A DNA stretch of 59,472 nucleotides, taken from assembly GCA_900617105.1 (NCBI GenBank), contig UYFQ01000483.1:1-59472 (forward strand), in the 5' to 3' direction. Below are positions 1 through 12,160 of this stretch, one piece after another. Every line of letters starts with the position of its first letter. Position 1 is the stretch's first letter. Made by a program: the position numbers and the translations under genes. The notes under the pieces were generated by a model. That model saw only the letters and a list, made by a program, of their open reading frames with translations, was not told the origin of the DNA and made no database searches. Origin of the DNA: Hydrurus foetidus. Its lineage: Eukaryota.

Positions 1-247
1 GCTCTATTGAAGGAGACAACCAAGCCTGTATATACCATTCTAGGGCAGCACACATGACACGCAACCTAAGGCACCTCGACCACACCGAAAACTGGGTCAA
101 AGAAAAGGTTGCTGATGGTACTTGCATAGTTATAAAAGTTAAATCATGCGATAATAATTCAGATATTGGTACAAAAGAGTTTCTCTACCAATATTTAATA
201 AACTTCTAAATCCAATTATAGATCAGTCTCAGGGACGAAATCTTTAA
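1..247 (+). pseudogene. pol: C-terminal RNase H end of copia family B pol (truncated by window edge)
   Basis: Near-identical to 49613-49797; translates IEGDNQACIYHSRAAHMTRNLRHLD...NNSDIGTK; 1-nt deletion in A-run near 175; ends TAA 245-247. Confidence 0.9.
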
Positions 248-379
248 ACAGCACTATGCTAATTATGTTTTAATATTGTATTTGTCTTGATCACACATAT
301 ACTATGTTAATTCTAATATTATAAAGATAGCTCATGAGTAAACATGCATTATTTTACACTACATCTTCACTACGAGGAG

Positions 380-1267
380 TGTCAGACCACTTGATTCTAT
401 CAAGATATGTCTGTAGTAATATAGTTGCAAATATGGTTACAAATATATACATGTACTTTATGCGGCACGTACGTACGTAAGTTCACATGCAGATGTGATA
501 ACATGCGCACGTACACACGTGCCCACATGTTAGTGCATGCTTACTTATGCATACGTACACACGTACTTACACACGTATTGCATTACGCCAGATCCGTATG
601 TACGTACGTACGTGCGCACGCACATAGCGTACTTAATATGGTCACCTTGCCGCACGTACATGCGGTACGTGCACGTAGTACAAATTATTCTATGCATACA
701 TTACCTGAAGCATTGCCACGTATTTTGTATATATGTACGGTATGTTACGATCGCCAGTAGCGTTGTACATAGATGTATAGGCATACATACGTAAGTACCA
801 CTGTACTTACGCATGTACGTTCTTATACATACACATGCATACGTACTCCTATAATATCGCCATATAGCAGTTAGTACTCACGCATGTACGTTCATATACA
901 TATACATGCATACGTACCCCTGTACTATCACCATGTATGAGTTAGTACGAACCCTCTGACCTCACGCAAATGAGCGTTCGCCTTTCATGAATCTTCAGTA
1001 TCGCCAAAACACTTCGTTACTATAAGCATTCATGCAACGTTCCTCAAGCACATGCTATGAACAACACATCTCAAGGTAGTTTCACTGTCATGAACTGTTC
1101 TGATAGCTCTTTTGCGTGGCTATCTGTAAACTCTAATCAGAATTTAATACGTTGTACTTCACAGCTTCGTCTACTCGATAGCTTACTGAATTGAGACAGT
1201 AGCCTGCAGCTGCTTCTCCACCTTCGCTGCGAACGCTAGAAGGTGACATCTTGTATTTAGTCTTACA
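380..1267 (+). repeat. 3' LTR of a copia family B copy
   Basis: TGTCAG...CTTACA termini, preceded by CATCTTCACTACGAGGAG (PPT); homologous to 34541-35461. Confidence 0.93.
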
Positions 1268-1867
1268 AAACCGAATTCGCAACATTGAAGCAACGGTTTA
1301 ACTTTCAACTTAAAATTCGTAGTTTGTCCTCTAGCCGACCAATCCTTCCCAAGCACTTTACCAAGACTCGGAGATCTACTCATTAACCACTCTTATCTCG
1401 AATCCACGTCGGGCCCAGTTATCGCTTTGTCACCTTGCGTTGCCCCAAGTAATCGAGTGGCCAACGTACCAGTACTACACATATAAGGGTGAATATCTAA
1501 AACAACCACAACATTGGTATACTCCTCCGCCTGTAGCGTTCATAGAAGCCGAATTTGACGTCTCCGCAAAGAGCCCGGTGAAACCATTCAGACCAAGAAG
1601 AATTCCGTAATGCTTGCACGACATCAGCAAGTAGCTATACCAATTAGCTGTAGCTTGCCCCTTTAACCTTGACTTAACAAGCGATTTGTAGAACAGTCCA
1701 ATTAATTGTGAATTCAATTCGGGAATTTCCATTAATTCATTATAATACTTCGCAGTGTGACGCCTGTTAGAATATGATGAATATATTCGTGCCCTGTATT
1801 TTGAAAAAACGTAATCCTCAAACCGATTTAAATAAGGCATATCGCGTTCGAATATAATCTTCTTCAA
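1268..1867 (-). pseudogene. Degenerate unidentified coding fragment cut by the copia LTR
   Basis: 130-aa ORF 1475-1867 continues after a frame change (NVVVVLDIHPYMCSTG...KVKPLLQCCEFGF) up to the LTR edge; no recognised motif. Confidence 0.35.
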
Positions 1868-2317
1868 ACTTTCACAACATCATATGGTGAGGACAGCGCA
1901 TTAATCTCGTAGCTGTTTAGCCACATATGTGGCATCGTATACAAAATTGTTTGCTACTGTAAAAAAACAGCTGTCATCGATAAGAGATTTTTTTCGCAAA
2001 ATGAACAAGCTGTATTGAAGTTATTAAATTTTCGCAGCTGCAGCAGTCAGGAAAGGTGATAATGAGCTGATTTGATGCTATTTAAGATAATTTAGTACTA
2101 ATTGAAAGAATCTCAAAACGTGGACTCGTCAAATCCAACCGTCAGATTGCTGCACATCTCAAGTCGCAGATCTCGCAGCAATCAATACATCGATCAATGC
2201 CACGTAGACCACAAATCAGCCACGCCATCTTCAGGCCGCCACTGCAAAACTCGAATCGTTGAGCTTACAGATTTATCTTTCTTCGTCAGGAAATTTGGTC
2301 GCTGGCGCAATTATGAC

Positions 2318-3541
2318 ATGCCACGATTCAAAAAGCTGACGCAACACGAGGGGCCAACTCCACTGAAAGCGTCAATAAAAGCCGTCCGGAAGATCACTAC
2401 CACGTCACAAAAGCGAAGTAAGTTCAACTTAACCCGGTTGCTAGATTCAAGTGTCGCCAAAAACTTATCCAATGAACTTTTGAACTATTGGCAATTAACC
2501 ATCAGTTAAGATTGCGAGACCAGAGAATTCAATGGCACAAAGCCCAAGCCACAGTCGAGTGGTAAGATCTTTTTGATCTCAATAGCTGAATTAAGAATCC
2601 TCAACTAACAAATCCATCAACCTCCGGAGAACAGGCGTAACTCCATCAGCAACAATTGCCAAACCAAACGCCAAATTGGCGAGAGCGTCAAAATCAAAGC
2701 CAACCACAAGCGGTAGGTTACACTCTATCCTTATACATGCTGCTTTAGCAACTGACTTCAACAACCTACCGTTTGTCAATGCTTTATCAACTATTCGATG
2801 ATCCCGGCTGTAATGACTCCAATTTGTGAACCAATAGCGAGCCCAACTCAAGAGGTGATCACCCAGCGACCTGCAATGTGGAAGGCATCTGAAAATCTAT
2901 GCATGCTCAGCGCGATGTTCAGTCTTATGAACGAAGAGCAGAAAAACTTAGTAACGGTGAGTTCGGACCATATGAGATCTTAACCGCTGGAGTTGATTTT
3001 AACAAGTTCATCATTATATTACAGATGAACCAAACCATGGATGTGAGAGATATTTAAGGCAGCAGTTGGTGAGCAGGGCAGAAACTTCGTTAGGGGAACA
3101 ACATCTACCGATGCGCACAGATTTTTCAGACATGTATCTAAGATGCATTTCGCGGCGACAGGATCGTTAGTTGTCTACAAATTCAAGCAGCTAGGGTTCA
3201 ACAACGATTGGGACATGTATTCAATTGAATCAAATTTATGTAGGCCAGGGAAATATGTATTCTTCGGAGCAACACGTAAAAATAATGACAATCACAAACG
3301 TTTGCTAACATCTATAACAGCGCAACACTCAGATTCCGATAAGTTAGATACATGGATAAAGGGAAAGCAAATTCTAAATGACCATGCGATTGGTGTCGAT
3401 GTTGACGACAATATGAATGGCACTATATATGACAATGGGTGTACTGCCGGTGAAAAAAAGATTTCAATACAAAATTTAGCAAAACGTATGCGATGGATGA
3501 ACCAATGTTTTCTTATGGATCTTTATGTCATAAAAAGTTAA
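2318..3541 (+). pseudogene. Intron-containing papain-fold (Josephin/C39-like) cysteine protease gene, one frameshift near 3052
   Basis: Exon WKASENLCMLSAMFSLM, intron GTGAGT..TTACAG 2957-3025, exon ...GEQGRNF...DHAIGVDV...IYDNGC; aligns with ORF 45342-46220; 5' exon structure uncertain. Confidence 0.65.
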
Positions 3542-3588
3542 TTTAATCAAACTATTTTCGTAGGGGGCAACCTCATGTTTGTCTCATA

Positions 3589-4125
3589 CAGTTATTGATG
3601 GGTCCGTAGGGATTTATAGATGGTCTCCGGGTGCCCCTTGGCTGTTTAGAAAGGAAATTATTGTTGTATGATCATATTTCTTCTTAAATTTGTAATTTCA
3701 TTAAACTTCAAATACTTAGTTTCCTGTACACATTGCGCTGCAGACTACAATGCTCTATACATATTCTCTGCGACAATGTCGCACGGTGTAACGGACGTGT
3801 ATTGGATTACGTCATTTCAATTTTCACCATTCGTCTATTTAGATGAATGGAGCAAACGTATGGTAAGTATAATTCGACGTCATCGTAACTCGCAGTGAGT
3901 AATCGTTAGTCTGGTGTCAGTTACACTTTTGCGCTGCAGACTCCAGTTATTGATGGGTCCGTAGGGATTTATAGATGGTCTCCGGGTGCCCCTTGGCTGT
4001 TTAGAAAGGAAATTATTGTTGTATGATCATATTTCTTCTTAAATTTGTAATTTCATTAAACTTCAAATACTTAGTTTCCTGTACACATTGCGCTGCAGAC
4101 TACAATGCTCTATACATATTCTCTG
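3589..4125 (+). repeat. 182-bp direct repeat (3589-3770 and 3944-4125)
   Basis: Copies read identical by eye, offset 355 bp. Confidence 0.92.
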
Positions 4126-4933
4126 ATGACAAAAAAAGTCTGATGACGAGTCCGCTGTAGCAGTCGAGGAGGAGCTTCTCAGTGGAAGCAGCTCTTCAAC
4201 TAGAGCATGGGCACCAGCAGCTATGCAGATCCCGAGTAGCAGCATATACTCCGTCCAGATGATTGTAACACCTGCTCCATCTGGCTCTCCAGTGCTGGCA
4301 GCAGTAGCTCTATTACCGCTACGATGATCTTCATCACTGCGCCACGCTTCTTTGCCGGAGGAGTGACCGCTTTCACTCGATAGAAACCTCGCAGCATCGT
4401 GAATCTAGGCATGGCCTACAAATGTTTGCAAAAGACGTTTTTAGACGATGCATTTGAGTCGGGAACTTTCAGATGCCTCAACGATCATTCTGAACGTACT
4501 CTGCTACTGTCTCACAGCCTTTTTAGCAATTTTGGTGCAAAAGCTACCATCTTCCCAGTGAAGACTTTGTACTGTGACATTGAGGATGTCATCTATGACG
4601 TCGCACAATTGCTGAAGCACCCCGTCGACCAGCAAACTGCAGAATCAGACATAATGGCATGTGAGACAACTTATTATTGATGCTGCGTGCAAGAGTGAAG
4701 TCAGCACTGATGCATGTGACGTGCTGAGAAAGTTCAGATGATATTGAGGTTTCAAAATTCTAAAAAATTAGAGGATGACTAACCGAATTTGAGATTATAT
4801 GGCACTAACGACAAAGGTCACAGCTATAATGTTGCTGATTTACATTTGCCGCGAGAGGACCTCATAATTTGCTATTGTCGATGGAGATGTAGCGCATAGC
4901 AGAGATTTTGAGGTTTCAGTTGTACAACACATC

Positions 4934-5152
4934 TGACCTGTACAGCAGACCTGTACAGCACATGTGACCCGTACTTGCAATTACTCTGTGTGTTTCACTA
5001 AATCCACATTAGACCCCCCCGATCGTCGGGACCCCCCAAAATTAGACCCCCTAGACCCCCCGGGTCACCCAAACTCCATTAGACCCCCCGGATCATCGCA
5101 TCGACATTAGACCACCGGATCGTCAAGACCCCCCAAAATTAGACCCCCTAAA
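4934..5152. repeat. Cluster of short repeats (GACCTGTACAGCA; TTAGACCCCC), like a DNA-transposon subterminal array
   Basis: GACCTGTACAGCA twice plus a variant, then about eight GACCCCC units. Confidence 0.7.
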
Positions 5153-5320
5153 CCATTCTCGGACTGCGAGAACACGGTCAGATCCCTGCAAATCTAGAGT
5201 CATATAATATGACATTTGTTACATAGAGGTGGAACCACCATTAGGTTTATCCCCCAATATCCGACATTGGTGAATCGCCAAAAGTGACTAATGTCGATCT
5301 CGTGATGAAATCATCAATTT

Positions 5321-5926
5321 CCAGTACCGGGAATAATTGGGTACTCCGGGAATAATTGGGTACCATACTTGGATATTCCAAACTCGAGCTGACCTACCAA
5401 CTTTCAACTCCAGATATCACAACGATACTATCGATTGTCGTATGAGGTTGTGAAGACCTTTGTCGACTAATTGGCACTGCTAGAATAGCACTGCTGTTGT
5501 TAATTTTACTCTAGCTTCAACCGTTCGGTAGCTATCGACCGCCAAAGAGATCGCTTGTTCCTTGCAAAAGATAATTTTTTCTGCAACCACATGAAGCCTA
5601 TCTATCGTTCATATCTGAGCGCTGAAACTCTCTTGGCATGGACCTAATACCTATGTCATCGGTCTGTTTTCCAGGAATTTCGTTAGCTGAACTCATCCTC
5701 GAGTTATCGATCAAGATATCAAGACCGTAACTTTGAACTATTGTCTGACTTCTCAGGTATCATCACCTACAAAATAATCCTATCGTTTTCAACCGTAAAG
5801 CAATTGATTTCCATTGAGTGTACACTCAAATTGAGCTTTCTGAAAGCCGACACTTCAATCAGCGTCTAATTACATCAACTTTTTAACCTATTCCACGTGA
5901 CACAAATGCGCTACTCGGGGAAGCAG
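5321..5926 (+). repeat. Left TIR of pogo-like element
   Basis: Reverse complement of 17337-17942; contains tandem CCGGGAATAATTGGGTAC x2. Confidence 0.95.
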
Positions 5927-7919
5927 ATGCCAAAAAGGAGAGGATATGGTGCCTTGAGTGAGAATGAGAGGGAGGAGAACAGGAGGAAAGATATAATAAT
6001 CCTCCTTCGCCTAGCCCCAACAAGGCAGCGAACATGGCAAATGCTTTGAAATGGCATGCTTGGGGTTGGAGTATGGTAGACTCTTACACTAAGGCCGGAG
6101 TGAGCAAAAAAACCGTTAGAAGGTCAGATGCTTAACACTGACTGATGAGTACAAATCTTAAATGAGATGTTTAATCTCTATTATTACCAATCAGGGCACA
6201 CGCTGATATTCTTAATGGTGGAATCGGTCTCGACATAAAAAGTGGACGCCCATCCTTACTGTCTGAGAGTGGTGTGGCGTCACTAACCCAGCAACTTGTG
6301 TCGAGTGCAAAGAGCTGTAGAGCGATTAAGGAGCATGAGTTTGGCGCTGTCTTGCGTACAGCTATATCAGATGACAATAACAACTCTTTCGTCGACATTA
6401 CACTGGATCCTAAAACTATCAAAAAATACCAAAAAAAAGCCGCCGGGGTAGTGAGACCGGCTGATGTTAAATCCGATAGCCGGCTAAAGGCCTTTGAAAA
6501 CATTCGAAATCAAATTTCATGCGCAGCTGCCATGTAACACATCTTCAAGTCCGTCCACTACCATCTATTCTTTTCTTGTGACGACGTATCTATATTAGTC
6601 AACAAGATGGACGACATTAAGCCAAAAGTAATCTTAACGGAAGAGACGATAGAGTTTCTAAACTCTCACCACTTGTATGTTTCAACTGATGGTGCTCAGG
6701 AGCAGCAGAGAATGATAACATTCAACTTGTGTATCGGAGGAGGGTGTGAGGCACCATCTAAGGTTATCAAATTTGCCGACCGCAATTTTGAAGACCTCAA
6801 ATTCAAACCGAAAATTATCTTACTACAGCCTGATTTGAGCATCATTTTATACCATCCATCACTGGATGAAATTGAACTTAATATTTGGATGTTTCGAATA
6901 TGCATTATCCCCCAGCTAGAATTACTAAGGTATGCACTGATATCAAAAGTTGTAATCATAAATTGTCGTTATTTCAATAATCTCTTTTTAAAACTTATAG
7001 ATCGAAGGTAATAAAAGACAGACCTGGGGGTATTATGGACATTCAATTCTCTCAATCGTCTGTCCCCGATGAGATTGAAATGACATCAGCAGAGAGAGTA
7101 AATGAGGTAGAACGAGATGCAAAGATCAGAGAAATGTTCAAGTACTTGTGCATCGCATTTGATGGAGATCATCCCCAAATTGTAGCAGCAGAAAAATTTC
7201 TCATACCGAGAAGCGTTACTAAAAATCAAGACCTTGTGTTTGCGAAGTGGGCAGGGGGATGCTCGATGACGCAATCCCCTAATGATAACAACCGAGGAAT
7301 GCATCCGGTGCTGAAGAAAATATACGGAGACAGCAAATTCCGTTATGACAATATAGCCGATCCCTCAGGGGGAAAATGGGTCTTACTGAAAGCTTGCCTA
7401 AAATAGTGCTTGGAACCAGCATCGTTCCGCACCGTGTGGAAAGCAATATACTACGCACCATCGATGCTGCAGAATGCCTGCAAGGCATCCAGTATACGCA
7501 GCGCATATCACAATACAGGTATCATCGATCAACAAAAACTGATTGAAATACAGAATGGATCTGACACGGACCCGAGTAACCCACGAACTATCCTTGGAGT
7601 CAACCCCTTCTTCAACACTTTCTCCAAGGAAGATGGGGAGTTTAAATTGAGCAAGATAGACGAATTTACGGAGATCACGTCAAGGTTTGGCTACATTCCC
7701 GAGGAAGAATACACGAAGGTGCTCATGGGTAAAGCGTACCTCGACAATTGTCTTCTTTTGAAGCCAGGAGCGAAACCTTTGAATGACATGGTGACAAACA
7801 GACAGAGAAATATTGTTATGTCGAACGAGGCTTTTAAAGATCAGTCACGTGCTAGAGCAGAGAATGTCAAGATGGTAACCGTAGACAAGGAATCAAAGGA
7901 GATTAATACAAAAGTATTC
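5927..7919 (+). pseudogene. pogo-like DDD transposase, 5' part (introns ~6123-6194, ~6930-7000; stops at 6535 and 7404)
   Basis: ATG directly after TIR; HTH-like N-terminus + SGRP; FSCDDVS, IAFDGDH, SMTQSPND resemble the pogo/DDE_1 catalytic motifs. Confidence 0.75.
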
Positions 7920-8378
7920 TGTGGATCTGGCTAGAGGATATCACCTGATGACTTATAGTCCAACTGGTGTGGAGGCTACTGCAGTAGAACTCCAAGACTC
8001 GGCTAGAACGTTGTGTCGGCGAAACTGTAAGCTATATCGATTAAGATCTGCTTAGGTTTACAAGATACAGAAGATCTGCAGTTGGCAATCTGCATATGCA
8101 ACTAATATGTGATTGGCTACCTGGCAAACGAGGTGGCGAGCAAGGTAGAGGTAAAATCATGTGTGGCGTTGCAAGAAAGATCATAGCAGTTTTGGCACTG
8201 AAAGGATGCTTTCGAATATGGGATGTATCGCCACCGGCCATATCTTGTATGTACAGTGTACGTTCTATGGTGTACGTACGGTTACACATATATGTATACA
8301 GTACTACCTAACGTGTATCTATACTACTATATCTGCTACTATACAACAGACGTAACTACGTTGGTGGTTAGTCCGACA
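7920..8378 (-). repeat. 3' LTR copia A
   Basis: TG...CA; two differences seen versus 16254-16712; adjacent PPT (minus CATCTTCACTACGGGGAG). Confidence 0.97.
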
Positions 8379-8558
8379 CTCCCCGTAGTGAAGATGTATG
8401 TATGTATATGAGTGCATGTTTGCTAATTAGCTATCAATGATATAATACAAATAACAAATTGCAAGAAATTTATAGACTACTGTGTGAGTAGAATACTAAA
8501 AAATTACAAAATGCAGTGTAAAATATTAAGCTGCTCTGGAATTTGCTATTTTTTAACT

Positions 8559-9024
8559 TCATTTCGAAGTCGAAATGGGAAGACGTACGTTTGTTTTTGT
8601 AAAAGATCTTTTAAGATCATTTGCAATTTTCTTTAACGTTAGCGTTTTGCCGTCGACCGTTGGCCAGGCGAGACAAGTCTTGGTGTTGTAACCTGTTTCG
8701 CTTTTGCATCGAAGCAACTGGTCTCGGATCGTTTGGATGGCATCCATTTCGATTAGCATTTCCCAACTGGTTAACATACCGGGGCGGTATGCTTGTTCGT
8801 AGAACGCTCCTGCTGCTTTATCAGCGTTGTCGAGGAGTTTTTCTCGAGTGAGGTAGTACGCCTCCTTCATGTTGATGATGAAGATTTGCAAACCCGCTTT
8901 GCGTTGTGGGGGGGGGGGAATTTTCTTCCGAGTCTTCCGCCTTTTGCGCGCGGTGTGTTTTGCCTGATTTAGTATGGGGTTTGGTTTTCACCTTTTTGTC
9001 CTTTGGGGCGGGTTTGGGACCCGC
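8559..9024 (-). CDS. Extra ORF between pol and 3' LTR of copia A, unknown function
   Basis: 110-aa ORF 8559-8891 plus upstream basic segment across a C-run frame change; begins at a candidate splice acceptor (TTACACAG|G); bracketed by 45-bp direct repeats. Confidence 0.5.
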
Positions 9025-9116
9025 CTGTGTAAGTAGAATACTAAAAAATTACAAAAAGCATTGTAAAATTTTTAAAAAAATGCATTAAATAATACGCAAA
9101 AGTTTACAAAAGATAT

Positions 9117-12100
9117 TTATAAATTATTTCTGAGTGTCCTGTCAACAATCTGGGATGTTAGTTTAGTGAAGATGGGTAGTGTTACCCTCTTGGTACCAAT
9201 GTCCGAGTTGTTGTCTTCAGAGGCTACCTTGATCACAGTGCATGTGCTGTCTTGCACCTTTTCCTTGGCATACGCTTCGGCGAGTGATAGGTGACGCAGG
9301 TTTCGGGTCATATGAGTGGTCTTTGAGTAGTACATGCAAGCCTGGTTGTCCTCTTCGATGATGGTTGGATCCTGTTTCCACCCTATCATCTCTAATATAC
9401 CGCGAGTTGGGATGACTTCCGACTTGAGTGCATGGTTCACAGCCTTGATCTCTGATTCCGCTGTGGACGTGGATACTTACCCTTGATCGGTGGAACACCA
9501 GCAAATGAGGCTTCCAGCGAGATATCCGAGGTAGCAGGTCTGGGAGTGGTGGTTATCTTGGTTACCACCTAGATCTGCATCGCACTGGAACTTCAGCTGT
9601 AGTACCTTGGTCATGGTGTCTATGTCGGTTGGTCCGTCATGGGTCCGGAATATGAGACGGTCCCTCTTCGCATACTTGACATATCTCAACAGGTGCTTGA
9701 GGAAAAGTATGTGTCTGGGACCAGGATTGTTACCATATCTCGAAAGTATGTTGAGTGCGTACACAATACCCACCATTGTGTGCACCATACCGTACATGAG
9801 TTGTCCGACGACACGCCTGTACGGGTACTTTTGACATGTGGCCCTATCGACGTCATTGGTGGGGCAGTCCATCTTGGACAGTGGTGGCTGCTGCGCGTCG
9901 GTGGGATATGGGAGGTGCTCGTCCTTTGCACCTGTGATGTTCGCCTCCTTGATGATAAGGTCGATCATACGGTGTTGATCCATGTAGTAGTTGTAGTGTT
10001 CGTCTACTTCTATACGGATACCGACGAACTCTTTGTCAGTTGCATCAGTGACTTGATATCCATGCTTGTTGAATGCTTGGATAACTGCATCCCATTCGTG
10101 GATGTGGTCGGGTGGACCAAACCATCTGAAGTCATCACTGTGTGCGATGATAATCATTGGTTTGCCCGAGTGCGTCCACTTGAAGAACAGTTTGAGGTCC
10201 CATGGTGTGTTCTTGTACCCACACTCCCTCAGGCACTTATCGAACTCAATGGAGAAGTTCTGTCCGGCTGGAGGGAATCCATACAGGTTTCCTACTGCTT
10301 GTATGCAGAAACCGGGTGGTACGTCGTACCCTTGAGGTGTGATGAACACTGGGAAGTCCTTGTTTGCTCTTGTTATGAGGTATGCACCTACAAGGTCACC
10401 GCCTCTCATTACGAGCTTATACGTTGCCGCTATGACCATGGCCAGCTTGATTGAGCAGGCTGCTACATTTCCACAATACACAGCTTCGGGGTCGAAGTCA
10501 ACGTTGGGAATCATCTTATCCCCTCTGCCGACCAGTCGAGTCTTCTTTGTCCCATCGTTCTTGACACTGAACAGCCACATCATCGGAACTAAGTGCTGTC
10601 CAGTAAAAGGGACGATGTTGAAGCAAGAGTTGACTTCAAACTTAGTCAGCTCAGTGTCGATGGCTTTTGCCCATGGTGGGTCCTTCATCGCTTTCCAGAA
10701 CGATTTGGGAACGCCGGCATCTGGGAGTGTCTTTATCTGATCATAGTGAGACGTCTCAACTACAGTCATCAGTTGCTCCGGATGTGTGGCCTGGATTGCG
10801 TACCAATATACGGCATCCTCTGTTTCCCATGACACTATTGGTGTGTTTGCACCAATCGAGTCGACGGTGTTTGCAGGGTGTATTGGTGCACTATCAGGTA
10901 TGCGTGGTGGTGAGGCCCTCTTGGGTGCACCGCTATGCGCCACTGGGTGGGGACCAGCTGGAGTTGTGACTGCATTCGTATCACTTCGTCGTCGCATGCT
11001 GTGGTTGGGGTCGACCTGGTTTGGTTGTATCGCCTCACTTGGTGCATGCATTGTGACTTGTGCATTTGCAGGCGTCTGATTGTGTGCCGCTTTTGGTGCT
11101 GGGACAGTCGTTTGAGCTGCCTCATGTATATGGGGTGGCTCTAATGCTGTTGTGGCTTCCATTTGTTGCACTATCTCTTCAGGCAAGTCGAAAATGACGT
11201 CTTTGCTGATCCTCACTGCGCCATATTTTCCCTTGTCTAATATCTCGATGACTTTGTAGGTAGGCTCAAGTGTGGTCGTCATGTCATATCCAATGAACCT
11301 GGCTTGGTATGCTCGGGGGTGACCGACTTTACCGCCTGCGTCCTTGGTTGGTATGTGGACCCAGCACTTGGACCAGAAAGCGTGGAGATGTTTGACGACA
11401 GCATGCTTTTAGTTAGCATGTTGTATGGGGAAGTACCTATCACACCATTGAAATTAAACGACATAGTGGCACACACATAGCTCATGACAATGTCCCAGAC
11501 CTTGGTTAGAACCGGTGGTGTGGGGGCTAGCATAATCGTGTTGCAGTTGGCTGCAATGACCCCCACTGTGCACTCCGCTACTCCATTGGCATGCTTGTCA
11601 CGAGGTGGTGTGGGCTCAGTGCGGTATCCAAAGCCTCCGAGGCACTTGGTGAACTCACTGGATCTATATGACTTTTCTGCATCGACCCTAACGAACCGAT
11701 CGATTGGGTCTGATGTAGCAGGTGCGTTCCTCCATTCTGGGTGAGACTCGAAGAGCAGGCTGACTTGGTCGCATAGCTCTTGGGCTCCCCGGTCACGGGT
11801 GAACACCGGATACACACGCCGTGTGGTGAGATCCGTGAAGAGGTCGCAGTATTTGAACCGGCCTGCGCCTCTTTCTGCGTGGGTGTATGCATCCAGAGCA
11901 AACTGGCTCCCCGGTATGGGTGCTGGTGCTCTATGGACCCTTAGGTGGTCCGTGGATGCTTGTCGCATTGTGCCCTGGACGCATGCTTGACACACGGGAC
12001 GGTGTGCCTTCGCATCGTTGCGGGTGTATGCTGCTCCAGTGGAGTGTGTCCGGTGCCATTCCATCCCTTCTTTACCAGGATGTGCTAGGACACGGTGGAC

Positions 12101-12160
12101 GTGGTCGTATAGTGAGGTGTCTTTAACGCTTGTGACCAACAAGCGCAACTCGTCACGAAG
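9117..12160 (-). pseudogene. pol: copia A integrase-RT-RNase H (frameshift ~11400, in-frame TAA 9477)
   Basis: HRVLAH..CQAC zinc finger, LDAY/VDAE/GVAE DDE, GNLYG, AHSDDF, CDADLGG, STAESE, EEDNQA, SDIGTK. Confidence 0.95.

Noticed and set aside
425..794. ORFs in the copia B LTR (also 34452-34978)
   Set aside because: T/Y/V/R/H-rich translations of the alternating RY tract; not conserved as protein between LTR copies
1..1267. This 3' LTR as the missing end of the element at 34541
   Set aside because: Wrong order, flanks do not form a TSD (GGTAC vs AAACC), and LTR U3 regions differ
5010..5152. CRISPR-like or telomeric array
   Set aside because: Units short, irregular and degenerate, no unique fixed-length spacers, eukaryotic TE context
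6535..7406. Ciliate-type code (TAA/TAG = Gln) suggested by in-frame stops
   Set aside because: Several genes end properly in TAA, and stops at 9477 and 47280 align to Ser and Phe, not Gln
8041..8411. Identical small ORFs here and at 16375-16796
   Set aside because: By-products of the duplicated copia A LTRs
9639..10454. 271-aa antisense ORF over copia A RT
   Set aside because: Shadow frame of pol with no motifs; only partly open in family B
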